From NCBI GenBank assembly GCA_965247695.1, contig OZ252037.1:5568123-5632122 (forward strand): a DNA stretch of 64,000 bases. The letters run 5' to 3'. Source of the stretch: Flavisolibacter sp. (GTDB lineage: Bacteria; Bacteroidota; Bacteroidia; Chitinophagales; Chitinophagaceae). Numbering within the stretch: position 1 is the first letter of the stretch; each line of letters begins with the position of its first letter. The notes under the pieces were generated by a model that saw nothing but the letters and a program-made list of their open reading frames with translations, had not been told where the DNA came from and searched no databases. Below are positions 27,492 through 37,461 of this stretch, one piece after another. Made by a program: the position numbers and the translations under genes.

Positions 27492-28097
27492 TTAGAGAAG
27501 AAAAAATGGGGCAAGAAGTTCGGCCGATTTTTGTTTTGCAAATTGTTTAACAGCCGGAAAAAATTCTTCGTAGTAGCTTTTTAATTCATCATAGTTCGTG
27601 TGCAGAAGTTCAACAGCGGGCTTACTGTCGCTGATGAAAGCCGCACGCCGTATCAGGCCACGCAAGCTTTTTTCAATACCATCGAATGTGCGGTAGTTGT
27701 ACAACCAGTTTTCCATTTTCATGTACGTGAGTACGGGCAAGAAGCGTTGCGGCAGATGAACAGTTTCTTCTTCCAATATTTGATAAATGCCGGTTGTAAA
27801 CGGAAGCAGTGAACCATTCGGAAAGGTTGTGTCATCCGTTGCCAGAAAATGATCATACACCACATCCACGATCGGGCCGCTGTATAAGCGGTAAGCCGGA
27901 CGAAAGACCTGTTTTGCTTTTGCGGTGGCGGGATGGGCATCGGTAAAAGCATCAATGGCACGATGAAGCACGATTCCTTGCTGAACGCTTGCCGCATATC
28001 CGTTTTTCTGCCCGCCTTTTATAAAATCTGAAATCATATTTCCTACAAGAAGATGCGGCTGATTAAACGATAGGTATGCATGAGCGAGGTAGTTCAT
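27492..28097 (-). CDS. acpH: Acyl carrier protein phosphodiesterase
   Basis: MNYLAHAYLS, GNMISDFIKG, GIVLHRAIDAFTDAH. Confidence 0.88.
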   Translation of the reverse strand: MNYLAHAYLSFNQPHLLVGNMISDFIKGGQKNGYAASVQQGIVLHRAIDAFTDAHPATAKAKQVFRPAYRLYSGPIVDVVYDHFLATDDTTFPNGSLLPFTTGIYQILEEETVHLPQRFLPVLTYMKMENWLYNYRTFDGIEKSLRGLIRRAAFISDSKPAVELLHTNYDELKSYYEEFFPAVKQFAKQKSAELLAPFFLL

Positions 28098-28270
28098 CCC
28101 GCTAAAAGTACAATTGGTACGGCTTAACGTTTTTACAAGGGCGTGTTAAGGTGCTTAACAGCCTTGTCCATTCCTCACAATTCACTTGACACCCCCTGTA
28201 ACGAAATCTACTTTTGACCCGTCACAATAACCGGCCGAAACGAATTTTAAAACATCAAAAACCAACAATT

Positions 28271-28717
28271 ATGAAACTTATCATTATCGCCTTCACCGCT
28301 TTGTTATCGGTGACCAACATAAAGGCGCATGCAACAGACGACATCAAAGTATCAGCCGCCGTGGTGGCTTCTTTTCAAGCCGCTTTTAAAAATGCCGCCG
28401 ATGTAAAATGGAACGAGGCGGGTACTTATTACAAAGCCGACTTTGTTCTGAACGGCCAATACGTAAATGCTTATTATGATGAAACCGCAAACCTTGTAGC
28501 CGTTACCCGCAACGTTAGCTCGTTTCAGTTGCCCATCACCTTGCAAGCAAAGCTGAAGGCTTCGTATGAAAAATACTGGATTGCCGACCTGTTTGAATTG
28601 AGCGATGAGGCCGGCGTGGCTTATTATGCAACCGTTGAAAACGGCGATGCAAAAATTACGTTGAAGTCAACCGGCAGCAATGAGTGGACGGTGTATCAGA
28701 AGCAAAGCAAATCGTGA
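28271..28717 (+). CDS. Secreted PepSY-like (BLIP-like) domain protein
   Basis: Signal peptide; VVASFQAAFKNAADVKW, YKADF, LPITLQ..LKASY pattern; ATG 28271. Confidence 0.7.
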   Translation: MKLIIIAFTALLSVTNIKAHATDDIKVSAAVVASFQAAFKNAADVKWNEAGTYYKADFVLNGQYVNAYYDETANLVAVTRNVSSFQLPITLQAKLKASYEKYWIADLFELSDEAGVAYYATVENGDAKITLKSTGSNEWTVYQKQSKS

Positions 28718-28810
28718 ATGGTGAGTAGTGAGTGGTGAATAGAAGCCGTTCAAAATAGAAAGTCTTCTTCGTTTAGCACGAATTCACCATTGACCACTCA
28801 CAATTCACTA
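28714..28810. repeat. Paired inverted 7-nt-period arrays (GTGAATG / CATTCAC type)
   Basis: gtgaatggtgagtagtgagtggtgaat ... aattcaccattgaccactcacaattcac. Confidence 0.65.
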
Positions 28811-28881
28811 CCTCGTTTTGGTGTGTAAACCATCCCGTGGAAGTCCGCTCCAGGCGGACGGAAGCGGGATTTTTTTTGGCC

Positions 28882-28889
28882 TACATTTG
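28882..28889 (+). promoter_or_regulatory. -7 promoter box TACATTTG of the DHS-like gene
   Basis: TAnnTTTG 18 nt before ATG 28908. Confidence 0.55.
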
Positions 28890-28907
28890 CGGCCTAAAAA
28901 ACAGGCT

Positions 28908-29882
28908 ATGAACAAAGGACCCATCTCGCAATTTATAGAGCATCATTACCGCCATTTTAATTCGGCGGCGCTGGTGGACGGCGCCAAAGGTTACGAGCAG
29001 CATCTCGCCGAAGGCGGAAAGATGATGGTGACATTGGCCGGTGCCATGAGCACGGCGGAGCTGGGTATTTCGTTGGCGGAAATGATACGGCAGGACAAAA
29101 TTCACATCATCTCCTGTACCGGCGCCAACCTGGAAGAAGACATCATGAACCTGGTGGCGCATAACCATTACGAACGCATCCCCAATTGGCGCGACTTAAC
29201 GCCGCAACAGGAGTGGGAATTATTGGAAAAAGGATTGAACCGCGTAACCGATACCTGCATCCCGGAAGAAGAAGCCTTCAGAAGAATACAAAAGCATATC
29301 CATAAAATCTGGAAAGAGGCAAACGATAGCGGCGAACGTTATTTTCCGCACGAATACATGTACAAACTTTTGTTGAGCGAAGTGATGAAGGCCGATTATC
29401 AGATTGACCCGAAGCACAGTTGGATGATTGCAGCGGCGGAAAAAAACTTACCCATCGTTGTAGGCGGATGGGAAGACAGCACGATGGGAAACATCTTTGC
29501 GTCTTATGTTTATAAGAATGAGATAGCCGCCAGTACCATGAAAAGCGGCATTGAATACATGGTATGGCTTGCTAATTATTACAAAGACAACAGTGCCGGC
29601 AAAGGCATCGGTTTCTTTCAAATCGGCGGTGGCATTGCGGGTGATTTTCCTATTTGTGTAGTGCCCATGATGTACCAGGATCTGGAGATGCACGAGATTC
29701 CGTTCTGGAGTTATTTCTGTCAAATAAGCGACAGCACCACGTCGTACGGTTCGTACTCCGGTGCACATCCCAACGAAAAAATCACCTGGGGCAAGTTGGA
29801 CATTCACACGCCTAAGTACATTATTGAAAGCGATGCAACGATTGTAGCGCCGCTGATGTTTGCGTGGGTGCTGGGATGGTAG
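28908..29882 (+). CDS. Deoxyhypusine synthase-like protein (polyamine/homospermidine synthesis inferred)
   Basis: TLAGAMSTAELG, CTGANLEED, IGGGIAGDF, YSGAHPNEKITWGK, SDATIVAPL. Confidence 0.88.
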   Translation: MNKGPISQFIEHHYRHFNSAALVDGAKGYEQHLAEGGKMMVTLAGAMSTAELGISLAEMIRQDKIHIISCTGANLEEDIMNLVAHNHYERIPNWRDLTPQQEWELLEKGLNRVTDTCIPEEEAFRRIQKHIHKIWKEANDSGERYFPHEYMYKLLLSEVMKADYQIDPKHSWMIAAAEKNLPIVVGGWEDSTMGNIFASYVYKNEIAASTMKSGIEYMVWLANYYKDNSAGKGIGFFQIGGGIAGDFPICVVPMMYQDLEMHEIPFWSYFCQISDSTTSYGSYSGAHPNEKITWGKLDIHTPKYIIESDATIVAPLMFAWVLGW

Positions 29883-29955
29883 GAAGTGAAACATGAGAAG
29901 GGAGAGGTGAGACTGCGCAGCTCAATAGTTTGACTATTCATCATGAATGAACAAT

Positions 29956-29986
29956 AAAAAAACCTTCGTTTGGCGAAGGTTTTTTT
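29956..29986. terminator. Bidirectional terminator
   Basis: AAAAAAACCTTCG-tttgg-CGAAGGTTTTTTT between convergent genes. Confidence 0.85.
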
Positions 29987-30524
29987 ATTTCCAGATTTCG
30001 CTAAAATCGATTGCGGCTTCACACCCTTCATCAAAGTGAAAATTGAATTGAAAGTTTACATCTTTTTGTTTCAAAGCATACTCACCATCCTCTAGCAAAT
30101 AAACTTCTGTCTCTTCTGTTTCGGGTGAGATGATGAGGTAATAAGGGACGTCTTGTTTTCTATATAACGCAGACTTTGTGTGACGGTCTTTTAATGCCGT
30201 GGAAGGCGATAAAATCTCAACAACCAAGGCTGGCGGAAAATCAATAAATTTTTTATTTGCTGGACGGCAAAGTATAACGATGTCAGGTTGAACAATGGTG
30301 TCCTCTGTAATTTTAAAATCCAATGCTTGTGCCACCTTGCAATGCTTGCAATTTTTTAGGGCCAGGAAAAATAACGCACCCAATGTATTTGCAATAATCT
30401 GGTGTTTTGGTGTAGGAGAAGGGCTCATAGCATAAGGTATTCCATCAATTAGTTCCCAACGTCCTTCCCATTGCACGTAATCTTCGTAAGTATAATAGGG
30501 CAATATTTTAACAGCACCTGACAT
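29985..30524 (-). CDS. Uma2-family (PD-(D/E)XK) endonuclease
   Basis: RWELIDGIPYAMSPSP..KHQ, VQPDIV, LVVEILSPST..KD..K..LY. Confidence 0.9.
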   Translation of the reverse strand: MSGAVKILPYYTYEDYVQWEGRWELIDGIPYAMSPSPTPKHQIIANTLGALFFLALKNCKHCKVAQALDFKITEDTIVQPDIVILCRPANKKFIDFPPALVVEILSPSTALKDRHTKSALYRKQDVPYYLIISPETEETEVYLLEDGEYALKQKDVNFQFNFHFDEGCEAAIDFSEIWK

Positions 30525-30709
30525 GATTTCAAAGATAAGCCAACAAAAAACAAACCCCGCCTTGCTTGCCAAGGGCGGGGTCAAAAAAACAAATAAGCAG
30601 TTGTTCTCGCCAGTAAAGACAACCGCTTTTTTAAAAATGCTGCGTAAATTTTAAAAAATAAAAAAGCTTACTTGCGGGAAGCTTTTTCGGTTAGGGTCGG
30701 TGCGTTTTC

Positions 30710-31102
30710 TTAGTGTAGGTCTTGCTTAAGATCTTTTACATCATGGCGGCGTTCGCGTTTGTCTTGTTTAATGTCGCGGGTATCTTGCCGCACGTCTTTT
30801 TTATCGGCTGCCAAATCCTTGGCATCGTGCCGAATGTCCTGCCGGTCATTTTTCAGGTCGGCGGTGTTGCCGGCGGCTTTATCGGCCTTCAGTTCTTTTA
30901 CGTCCTGGTGAATGTCACGCTTGTCGGCCGTTATGTCTTTCACGTCTTGCCTGCGTTCGCGTTTGTCCTGGCGAATGTCTTTGTTGTCGCGATGAATTTC
31001 GCGTGCATCGTGACGAATCTCGTGGCGTTTGGTTTGTGCATTGGCTGCGGTTACAAATACAAGGGCTGCACCCAGTAACATCATTTTCATTGTAGTTTTC
31101 AT
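30710..31102 (-). CDS. Secreted low-complexity charged-repeat protein
   Basis: Signal peptide followed by ~7-residue D/R/K repeats (DIRQDKR, DIHQDVK, DVRQDTR). Confidence 0.75.
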   Translation of the reverse strand: MKTTMKMMLLGAALVFVTAANAQTKRHEIRHDAREIHRDNKDIRQDKRERRQDVKDITADKRDIHQDVKELKADKAAGNTADLKNDRQDIRHDAKDLAADKKDVRQDTRDIKQDKRERRHDVKDLKQDLH

Positions 31103-31180
31103 GACGAAGATTTTTGTTTTATAAAATCGTTTTACGCATCCATAGAACGCAACCAATCGGGAAGGTTTAACGTCAGCGGA

Positions 31181-31220
31181 AAAATAAAAACGCTTCAAAA
31201 TTTTGAAGCGTTTTTATTTT
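31181..31220. terminator. Perfect 40-bp palindrome, probable terminator of the M28 gene
   Basis: AAAATAAAAACGCTTCAAAA/TTTTGAAGCGTTTTTATTTT, immediately after the stop at 31221. Confidence 0.75.
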
Positions 31221-32675
31221 CTAAAATCCTGCCTTTAACGGTACGTCTCGTTTAAGCATGGCATCGCGGTTTGCCATCTCCCATCCGGTATAAAAAACCA
31301 ACTGTGCACGTTTCTGCATCATATCATAATTGATTTTATCCGGCGTGTCGCTGGGCCGGTGATAGTCGGGGCGCAACATGCCGTCGTAATAAAAAATAAT
31401 GGGCACACCGTAGCGGGCAAAGTTGTAATGGTCGCTGCGGTAGTAGATGCGCTCCTTGTCGTTCGGATCGTTGTACTTGTAATCGAGTTGCAGCTTTGTG
31501 TACTTGTTGTTGATGCCTTCGGAGATGGTTTTTAAATCCGTGCTTAATTTATCATCGCCTACTACATAGATATAATTTAGTGTATCGGGCTTTCTATCCG
31601 GATCGCTCCGGCCAATCATGTCAATGTTCAAATCAGCCGTGGTTTTATCCAATGGATAGATGGGATGATCAGTGTAGTATTCGCTTCCCCACAAACCTTT
31701 TTCTTCACCGCTGTTGCACAAGAACAAAACAGAGCGGCGCGGACCTTTGCCTTCCTTCGCAGCCTTTGCAAACGCTTCCGCAATTTCCAACACACCTACC
31801 GTTCCCGACCCGTCATCATCGGCGCCGGGATACAACACACCATTGCGTTTACCCAAATGATCGTAGTGTGCACTTAACACCAGATACTCGTCTTTTAAAT
31901 CAGTGCCGGGTAGCAACGCAACTACGTTACTTGATTGTGCGTTGAGCGATGCTTTTTTTACCTCAAGCATCACTTCGGCAGTTGCCGTTTGTGTGGCGGA
32001 AGGATTGCTTTTTACCGCATTATAAGCGGGACCTGCAATGGCTTTTGCCACTGCTTCCGATATTTGAAATTGCATCGGCGCAAGCGTTTTCCGAAACCCG
32101 TTTATACCGGTACCGCTCTTTCGGTTAGATGGCGTTGTATTTGGAAAGGCCTGGCTGACGGTTAACACTGCAGCCGGTGATTTACGAGCCAATTGCTGGT
32201 TGAACACCCGGTTGCTGCTGCCTACGATCATTACCAGTTTCCCCGCGAGGTCTTTATTTTTTAACGAGTCTGCCGAACCGGTTCCTACCAAAACCACTTC
32301 ACCCAACCGCATCGTTGCCTGAATGTTGGCTCCCGTTGCGCTAAAGTCTTTGTCGTATGTAAAGGCCTTTCCGTTCACTTCCATCGCGGCACTCAACAAG
32401 GTATCCTGATAGATGTTGTAGTACTGTTGATAGCCTTCGCCGTTGCCGGGTTTTAAGCCGAGGCTTTTAAAATAACCTTCGATATAGGCCGCGGCTTTGC
32501 GCTGGCCTTCGGTGCCGGTTTCGCGGCCTTCCATTTCGGGCGAAGCAACAATGTACAAGTGCTTTTTCATGTCGGCGGCGGAGATGGTTTTTGCGTAGGC
32601 GTCGGGCTTTGGGCCGCTTTGCGCCGAAGCAAAAGCAACGCTGCCGGTAAAGAGCAGAACGAAAACTTTCTTCAT
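31221..32675 (-). CDS. M28 family peptidase, secreted
   Basis: LSAHYDHLG, GADDDGSG, SGEEKGLWGS, RSDHYNF, DYHRPSD. Confidence 0.92.
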   Translation of the reverse strand: MKKVFVLLFTGSVAFASAQSGPKPDAYAKTISAADMKKHLYIVASPEMEGRETGTEGQRKAAAYIEGYFKSLGLKPGNGEGYQQYYNIYQDTLLSAAMEVNGKAFTYDKDFSATGANIQATMRLGEVVLVGTGSADSLKNKDLAGKLVMIVGSSNRVFNQQLARKSPAAVLTVSQAFPNTTPSNRKSGTGINGFRKTLAPMQFQISEAVAKAIAGPAYNAVKSNPSATQTATAEVMLEVKKASLNAQSSNVVALLPGTDLKDEYLVLSAHYDHLGKRNGVLYPGADDDGSGTVGVLEIAEAFAKAAKEGKGPRRSVLFLCNSGEEKGLWGSEYYTDHPIYPLDKTTADLNIDMIGRSDPDRKPDTLNYIYVVGDDKLSTDLKTISEGINNKYTKLQLDYKYNDPNDKERIYYRSDHYNFARYGVPIIFYYDGMLRPDYHRPSDTPDKINYDMMQKRAQLVFYTGWEMANRDAMLKRDVPLKAGF

Positions 32676-32891
32676 GTTGTGTGTTTGTTTTAGCGGGTGA
32701 AAATACGAAGACGCGAATCGTGAACCGTCAATAGGTCGTTCATAGCGGTGATCTTAAATTTTGTTCACCTGTTCACGTGTTTGTTCAAATGTTCAAGCGT
32801 TCAAGTGTTTAAAAGTTACTGTTGACATCTTGCTATCGTAAGGCAAACCATAGTTACATGTCTCCTTGATTCACGTTCGACCATTCACGTT

Positions 32892-33347
32892 TCATGCAAC
32901 AGCCATCTTTTCCACTCTTGTTTGGTGGCGGCCGCCTTCAAACGCCGTGGATAGGAAAATGTTTACCATTTCTTCGGCCGCTGGCGGTGATATAAAACGG
33001 GCGGGCAAACAAATAATATTGGCGTTGTTATGTTGGCGAATAAGGCTGGCTACTTCGTTATTCCAGCAAAGGCCGGCGCGAACGTTTTGATGCTTGTTAG
33101 CAGTGATGGCTACGCCGTTGCCGGTGCCGCAAATCAAAATGCCGCAAGCCGCTTCGCCGCTTTCAACAGCGGCGGACACAGGGTGCGCAAAGTCGGGGTA
33201 ATCAACGGAAGCCTTGTCCGCCGTGCCGAAGTCTTTTACCGGCAAACCTTTGCCCTCGAGCATTTCAACAATCATGGATTTGTATTCAAAGCCGGCATGG
33301 TCGGAGCCGATGGCGATGGGTTTGGTAAAGTCGAAGGCGTAATTCAT
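32892..33347 (-). CDS. rpiB: Ribose-5-phosphate isomerase B
   Basis: IGSDHAG, DYPDFA, CGTGNG, HNNAN, FEGGRH. Confidence 0.95.
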   Translation of the reverse strand: MNYAFDFTKPIAIGSDHAGFEYKSMIVEMLEGKGLPVKDFGTADKASVDYPDFAHPVSAAVESGEAACGILICGTGNGVAITANKHQNVRAGLCWNNEVASLIRQHNNANIICLPARFISPPAAEEMVNIFLSTAFEGGRHQTRVEKMAVA

Positions 33348-33373
33348 AAAAGTGGTTTGGACGAAGATAAGAT

Positions 33374-33997
33374 CTCACCCCGGCCCTCTCCATCTTCGAT
33401 GGAGAGGGAGTGCTTGCGCCGGTGTTTACAAGTGGTGATGGTGTTTTAGGTATCATCTTTCTTTGAACCAGAGGTTTGTCTGTCTATTTAGCTTCCGTTG
33501 CGTCGCACTCGTGTACGCTTTATTCGCTATTGAGCGACGATAGCAAGTGGTTTCAAATTATCATCTCAAAGCTCCGAAGGGGCGTCGTCGTATAGCCCAG
33601 CCTGCAAGGGCTGGGTAATAAAAATCGCGACGTATTCATCAAGCCCGGAAAGGGCGAAAGACCTACGCCGTTACAACCGGTAGGTATTGAACCATCCACT
33701 CCGCACACCCGCCCGTTGTTACGCCCTTTCAGGGCTTGATGAACATGTTGCATTTTATGTCCCGGCCTCACAGGCCGGGCTATGCGATGACGCCGCGTTG
33801 CGGCTTCATCGCATTGGACACTCGCTGTAGAATGCTGCTTAGCGAACAAAGCGTACACGAGTGCGACGCAACGGAAGCTAAATCGTTGTTCTGGCTTTTG
33901 GTCCATATAAAGATTATGGTTAAACGATTGTCACCACCTGTAGCCCTCTTGCGCAAGCACTCCCTCTACGGCTTTGCCGGAGAGGGCCGGGGTGAGG
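33374..33997. mobile_element. Composite REP/MITE-like element 2 between divergent rpiB and pdxH
   Basis: Inverted ends ctcaccccggccctctcc..ggagagggagtgcttgcgc / gcgcaagcactccctct..ggagagggccggggtgagg; inner inverted pair atttagcttccgttgcgtcgcactcgtgtacgcttt / aaagcgtacacgagtgcgacgcaacggaagctaaat; central REPIN-like core. Confidence 0.7.
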
Positions 33998-34011
33998 TGT
34001 ATCTTCGCCGC

Positions 34012-34653
34012 ATGAACTCTTCCATCGCCGACATCCGCAAAGACTACACCGCTCAAACCTTACTTGAAAGCGACGTTGATAAAGCCCCGATTGTACAATT
34101 TAAAAAATGGTGGGACGAGGCCATCGCCTCCGAAATTTTAGAACCCAACGCCATGACGCTGGCCACCGCTTCAGCCGATGGTTTACCATCTGCACGAATT
34201 GTGCTGCTGAAAGATTTGGGTGAAGACGGCTTTGTTTTTTACACCAATTATCAGAGCTATAAAGCCGTGCAGTTAGAAGAAAACCCCAAAGCCTGTTTGG
34301 TATTTCATTGGAAGGAACTGGAGCGGCAGGTGCGCATTGTAGGCTTTGTGCAAAAAGTAGCAGCGGCGGAAAGCGATGCTTACTATCATTCGCGGCCGGT
34401 GAAGAGCCAGATCAGCGCCTGGGCATCGCCGCAAAGCCGGGTTGTTGAAGACCGCCAGTGGCTGGAAGAAGCATACAAAAAGAAAGAAGAGGAATTAGGC
34501 GCCGCCGAAATACCACGGCCACCGCATTGGGGCGGCTATGCGGTGAAGCCCGTCATCATTGAGTTTTGGCAAGGCCGGCGCAGCCGCCTTCACGACCGCA
34601 TTCAATATACATTGGAAGAAGGTGCGTGGACCATTGAGCGCCTGGCACCGTAA
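34012..34653 (+). CDS. pdxH: Pyridoxine/pyridoxamine 5'-phosphate oxidase
   Basis: ARIVLLK, FYTNYQSYK, RQVRI, EFWQGRRSRLHDR; start ATG 34012 (ORF-track extension runs through the repeat). Confidence 0.95.
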   Translation: MNSSIADIRKDYTAQTLLESDVDKAPIVQFKKWWDEAIASEILEPNAMTLATASADGLPSARIVLLKDLGEDGFVFYTNYQSYKAVQLEENPKACLVFHWKELERQVRIVGFVQKVAAAESDAYYHSRPVKSQISAWASPQSRVVEDRQWLEEAYKKKEEELGAAEIPRPPHWGGYAVKPVIIEFWQGRRSRLHDRIQYTLEEGAWTIERLAP

Positions 34654-34656
34654 AAA

Positions 34657-34745
34657 CAATTGGCAACATGCAACTGGCAATGAGCAAAAGAGGCAATCAT
34701 TACAAAATGGCCTTGCCTATTGCTTATTGTCTATTGCCAATTGAT
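34657..34745. repeat. Paired inverted 7-nt-period arrays (GCAATAG / CTATTGC type)
   Basis: aattggcaacatgcaactggcaatgagcaa ... ttgcctattgcttattgtctattgccaatt between convergent pdxH and thx. Confidence 0.6.
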
Positions 34746-34870
34746 TAGCTTTCCTTCTTTGGTGCGGCTGGTGTGTTGCCTGTTGTTTTCTTTTCGCTGT
34801 GCGGACGCGATTTACCGAAAGAGCCTTTAAATGTTTTTCCTTTTTTCGTTTTCTTATCACCTCTGCCCAT
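34745..34870 (-). CDS. thx: 30S ribosomal protein THX (41 aa; not in ORF track)
   Basis: MGRGDKKTKKGKTFKGSFGKSRPHSEKK...; matches the THX signature; TACATTTG -7 box at 34888-34895. Confidence 0.88.
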   Translation of the reverse strand: MGRGDKKTKKGKTFKGSFGKSRPHSEKKTTGNTPAAPKKES

Positions 34871-34997
34871 AAAAAATTTTTAGAGCGCAAATGTAAGCGA
34901 AGCGGCAACGGCAAAGCCCTTCTGCAAAGAAAAATTTCATTTCACTTTTGCCGGATACGCTGGCGCTGCCTGAATTTATACATCGGAGATTTAAAAT

Positions 34998-35058
34998 AAT
35001 CCCGACAATCCTCGCCTACCGGCAGGCAGGCGTTTCAAATCCCCCAAATCCGTGGTCA
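34998..35058. repeat. Solo GxxExxY-type repeat end interrupted by the GCCTACCGGCAGGC palindrome
   Basis: aatcccgacaatcct[cgcctaccggcaggcaggcg]tttcaaatcccccaaatccgtggtca vs atcccgacaatcctttaaaaatcccgatcatccgtggtca at 57139-57178. Confidence 0.65.
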
Positions 35059-35108
35059 TAAAAAAAGTCCCGCTTGCGCAGGACTCTTAATCAGTTTCTT
35101 GTTGCGGG

Positions 35109-35378
35109 TTACAACTTAGCAGCCAGTTCTTTGCCGGCTTTGAAGCGGGCCACGGTGCGTTTTTTAATCTTAATGATTTCACCGGTTTGCGGATTGCGGC
35201 CGTTGCGTGCCGCCCGTTCGGAAACGGAGAAAGTGCCAAAACCAACCAGGGTAACTTTGTCTTTTTTCTTCAGTGTTTTGGTGACGGCTTCTACAAAAGA
35301 GTCCAGGGCGCTGTTTGCCTGCGTTTTGGTGATGCCGGCGTCTTCGGCAATTTTGGTAATCAGTTCTGCTTTGTTCAT
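35109..35378 (-). CDS. hup: DNA-binding protein HU
   Basis: [37 protein letters not shown]; TAAATTTG -7 box at 35406-35413. Confidence 0.95.
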   Translation of the reverse strand: MNKAELITKIAEDAGITKTQANSALDSFVEAVTKTLKKKDKVTLVGFGTFSVSERAARNGRNPQTGEIIKIKKRTVARFKAGKELAAKL

Positions 35379-35537
35379 AGTTGATTTTTTGAGGTTTGAA
35401 GAGGGCAAATTTAGCCGCTTTTCCATCCCGGCAAAATTATTTACTACCTTTTTTAAATTTTATTGTTTGGCTCAAAACCGCTACGGCAAAGGGTTTGCGG
35501 CGATGAGCTTTTGTTTTTTGTGTTTTGTTCTACTTGC

Positions 35538-36190
35538 TTAAGCGGACTGATTTTGCAACGCCATAACGGTAACAAGTGACGGCTCACCTTTGCTTTCATT
35601 CACTGTAAACTCTTCTTGTTGTGTACAGAAAGACAACAGCGGTGCAACAAATTCTTTCGCCATCAATCGCTGTGGTGTAGCCAGTAAAATGAGTTTTGCG
35701 TTTTGAATAAAAGCAGTAAGCAGGCCTTGTAAAATGGCAAAGCTTGCAAGTTCGTAATTTATATCGCTTAACAAAATCACATCGGCTTCTATCTTATCAG
35801 GCAAACAATTCCAGTATCAGGCAAACAATTCCAGTTAAGAACAACAGAAGAAAAATTTTGCAAACGATGATGCGCGGCCGATTGTGCGGCAATCTGTACG
35901 GCTTCCGCCGAAGCATCGGTACACAAAACATTGCTTGCAAAACGGGCGGCTACCAATGAAGGCAAACCTAAGCCAGCACCGGCTTCCAATACAATCTTGT
36001 TCTGAACAAGATGCGGTTGTTGAACAATAAACTCACTCAACGCAATGGCCGCCGGCCATACTTTGCTCCAATACGGAAAGGCAATCTTGCTCTGGTGATA
36101 AGCTTCCTTCACCGTTTGTGCATCGGGCACAAACAGATGAATGTCTTCTTCGCCTATCCTGTATGATCGCAAACGCAACGGAAAATCCAT
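35538..36190 (-). pseudogene. Class I SAM methyltransferase (lysine-MTase-like) frameshifted by a 20-bp tandem duplication
   Basis: PYWSKVWPAA, VLEAGAGLGLPS motif I in the 5' ORF; SDINYE in the 3' ORF; ATCAGGCAAACAATTCCAGT at 35796-35815 and 35816-35835; removing one copy gives LNWNCLPDKIEADVILLSDINYE. Confidence 0.85.
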
Positions 36191-36264
36191 TCGGCAAAAT
36201 TGTGGCAGAAAGCACCGGCGCAACAAACTTGGGTTGTCATTTGACAAAGCCTGCACAGCCGGTC

Positions 36265-36272
36265 TATCTTTG
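36265..36272 (+). promoter_or_regulatory. -7 promoter box TATCTTTG
   Basis: TAnnTTTG 19 nt before ATG 36292. Confidence 0.55.
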
Positions 36273-36291
36273 CGCCTCATAAAAAACTATC

Positions 36292-37431
36292 ATGAACACA
36301 GGAACCAAATACATACATGCCGGCGCCGAACCCGACCCCAGCACAGGCGCCATCATGACGCCCATTTATCAAACCTCAACTTATGTGCAGGAGGCGCCGG
36401 GGCAGAACAAAGGCTATGAATATGCCCGCAGCCAAAACCCTACGAGAACGGCATTGGAGACGGCTTACGCCGAAATTGAAAACGGAAAGTTTGGCCTTGC
36501 GTTCAGCAGCGGCGTGGCAGCTACCGATGCCGTAATTAAATTATTGTCGCCTGGAGATGAAGTCATTTGCGGAGCCGATCTATACGGCGGCACATACCGT
36601 TTGTTTACAAAAGTGTTTCAAAAGTTTGGCATCGTGTTTCACTTCGTGGACATGCAGGATGTAGCGAACGTTCAGCAGCGCATCAACGACAAAACGAAAT
36701 TGATATGGGCCGAAACGCCAACGAATCCGTTGATGAACATCTGCGACATCGCCGCCCTTGCTTCACTTGCCAAAGAGCACAAGGTTTTGTTTTGCGTTGA
36801 CAACACTTTCGCTTCTCCTTACCTGCAAAATCCGCTTGACCTTGGCGTCGACATTGTAATGCACTCGGCCACCAAATACCTCGGCGGCCATAGCGACGTG
36901 ATACAAGGTGCGTTGATGATGAACGATCAAAAGCTTCGCGATGATTTATACTTCATTCAAAAAAGCTGCGGCGCCGTGCCCGGTCCAATGGATTGTTTTT
37001 TGGTGTTGCGCGGCATCAAAACCTTGCACCTGCGGATGCAGCGCCACAGCGAGAACGGCCGCGCCATTGCTCACTGGTTGCGAACACATCCAAAGATTGG
37101 TAGAGTATATTGGTGCGGTTTTGAAGATCATCCAAATTATGCTGTTGCTAAAAAACAAATGCATGACTTTGGCGGCATGATGAGTTTTGAATTAAAAGAT
37201 GATAGTGTGGATGAAGCAAAGCGTGTATTGTCATCTACCAAACTGTTTGCGCTGGCCGAAAGCCTCGGTGGCGTTGAATCCTTAATCAATCATCCGGCTA
37301 CCATGACGCATGCTTCCATACCAAGAGAAGAGCGAATTAAAAACGGTTTAAGCGATTCGTTGATCCGGTTGAGTGTAGGCGTGGAAGATGCGGAAGATTT
37401 GATTGACGATTTAAGGCAAGCCATCGGATAA
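36292..37431 (+). CDS. Cystathionine gamma-synthase/lyase family PLP enzyme
   Basis: [44 protein letters not shown]. Confidence 0.93.
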   Translation: MNTGTKYIHAGAEPDPSTGAIMTPIYQTSTYVQEAPGQNKGYEYARSQNPTRTALETAYAEIENGKFGLAFSSGVAATDAVIKLLSPGDEVICGADLYGGTYRLFTKVFQKFGIVFHFVDMQDVANVQQRINDKTKLIWAETPTNPLMNICDIAALASLAKEHKVLFCVDNTFASPYLQNPLDLGVDIVMHSATKYLGGHSDVIQGALMMNDQKLRDDLYFIQKSCGAVPGPMDCFLVLRGIKTLHLRMQRHSENGRAIAHWLRTHPKIGRVYWCGFEDHPNYAVAKKQMHDFGGMMSFELKDDSVDEAKRVLSSTKLFALAESLGGVESLINHPATMTHASIPREERIKNGLSDSLIRLSVGVEDAEDLIDDLRQAIG

Positions 37432-37461
37432 AAAAACAAGAAACAAAAAAGCAAATAGCTT

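Noticed and set aside
33553-34011. 117-aa minus ORF and the 92-codon N-terminal extension of pdxH; likewise ORFs 12392..12652, 45004..45207 and the tail of 33030..33449
   Set aside because: They translate the composite repeats (recurring LLRKHSL..GEGRGEV / PSPS.MERECL peptides) and are not independent genes
34717-34914. 65-aa basic ORF in the track
   Set aside because: Wrong frame over the real thx gene (34745..34870)
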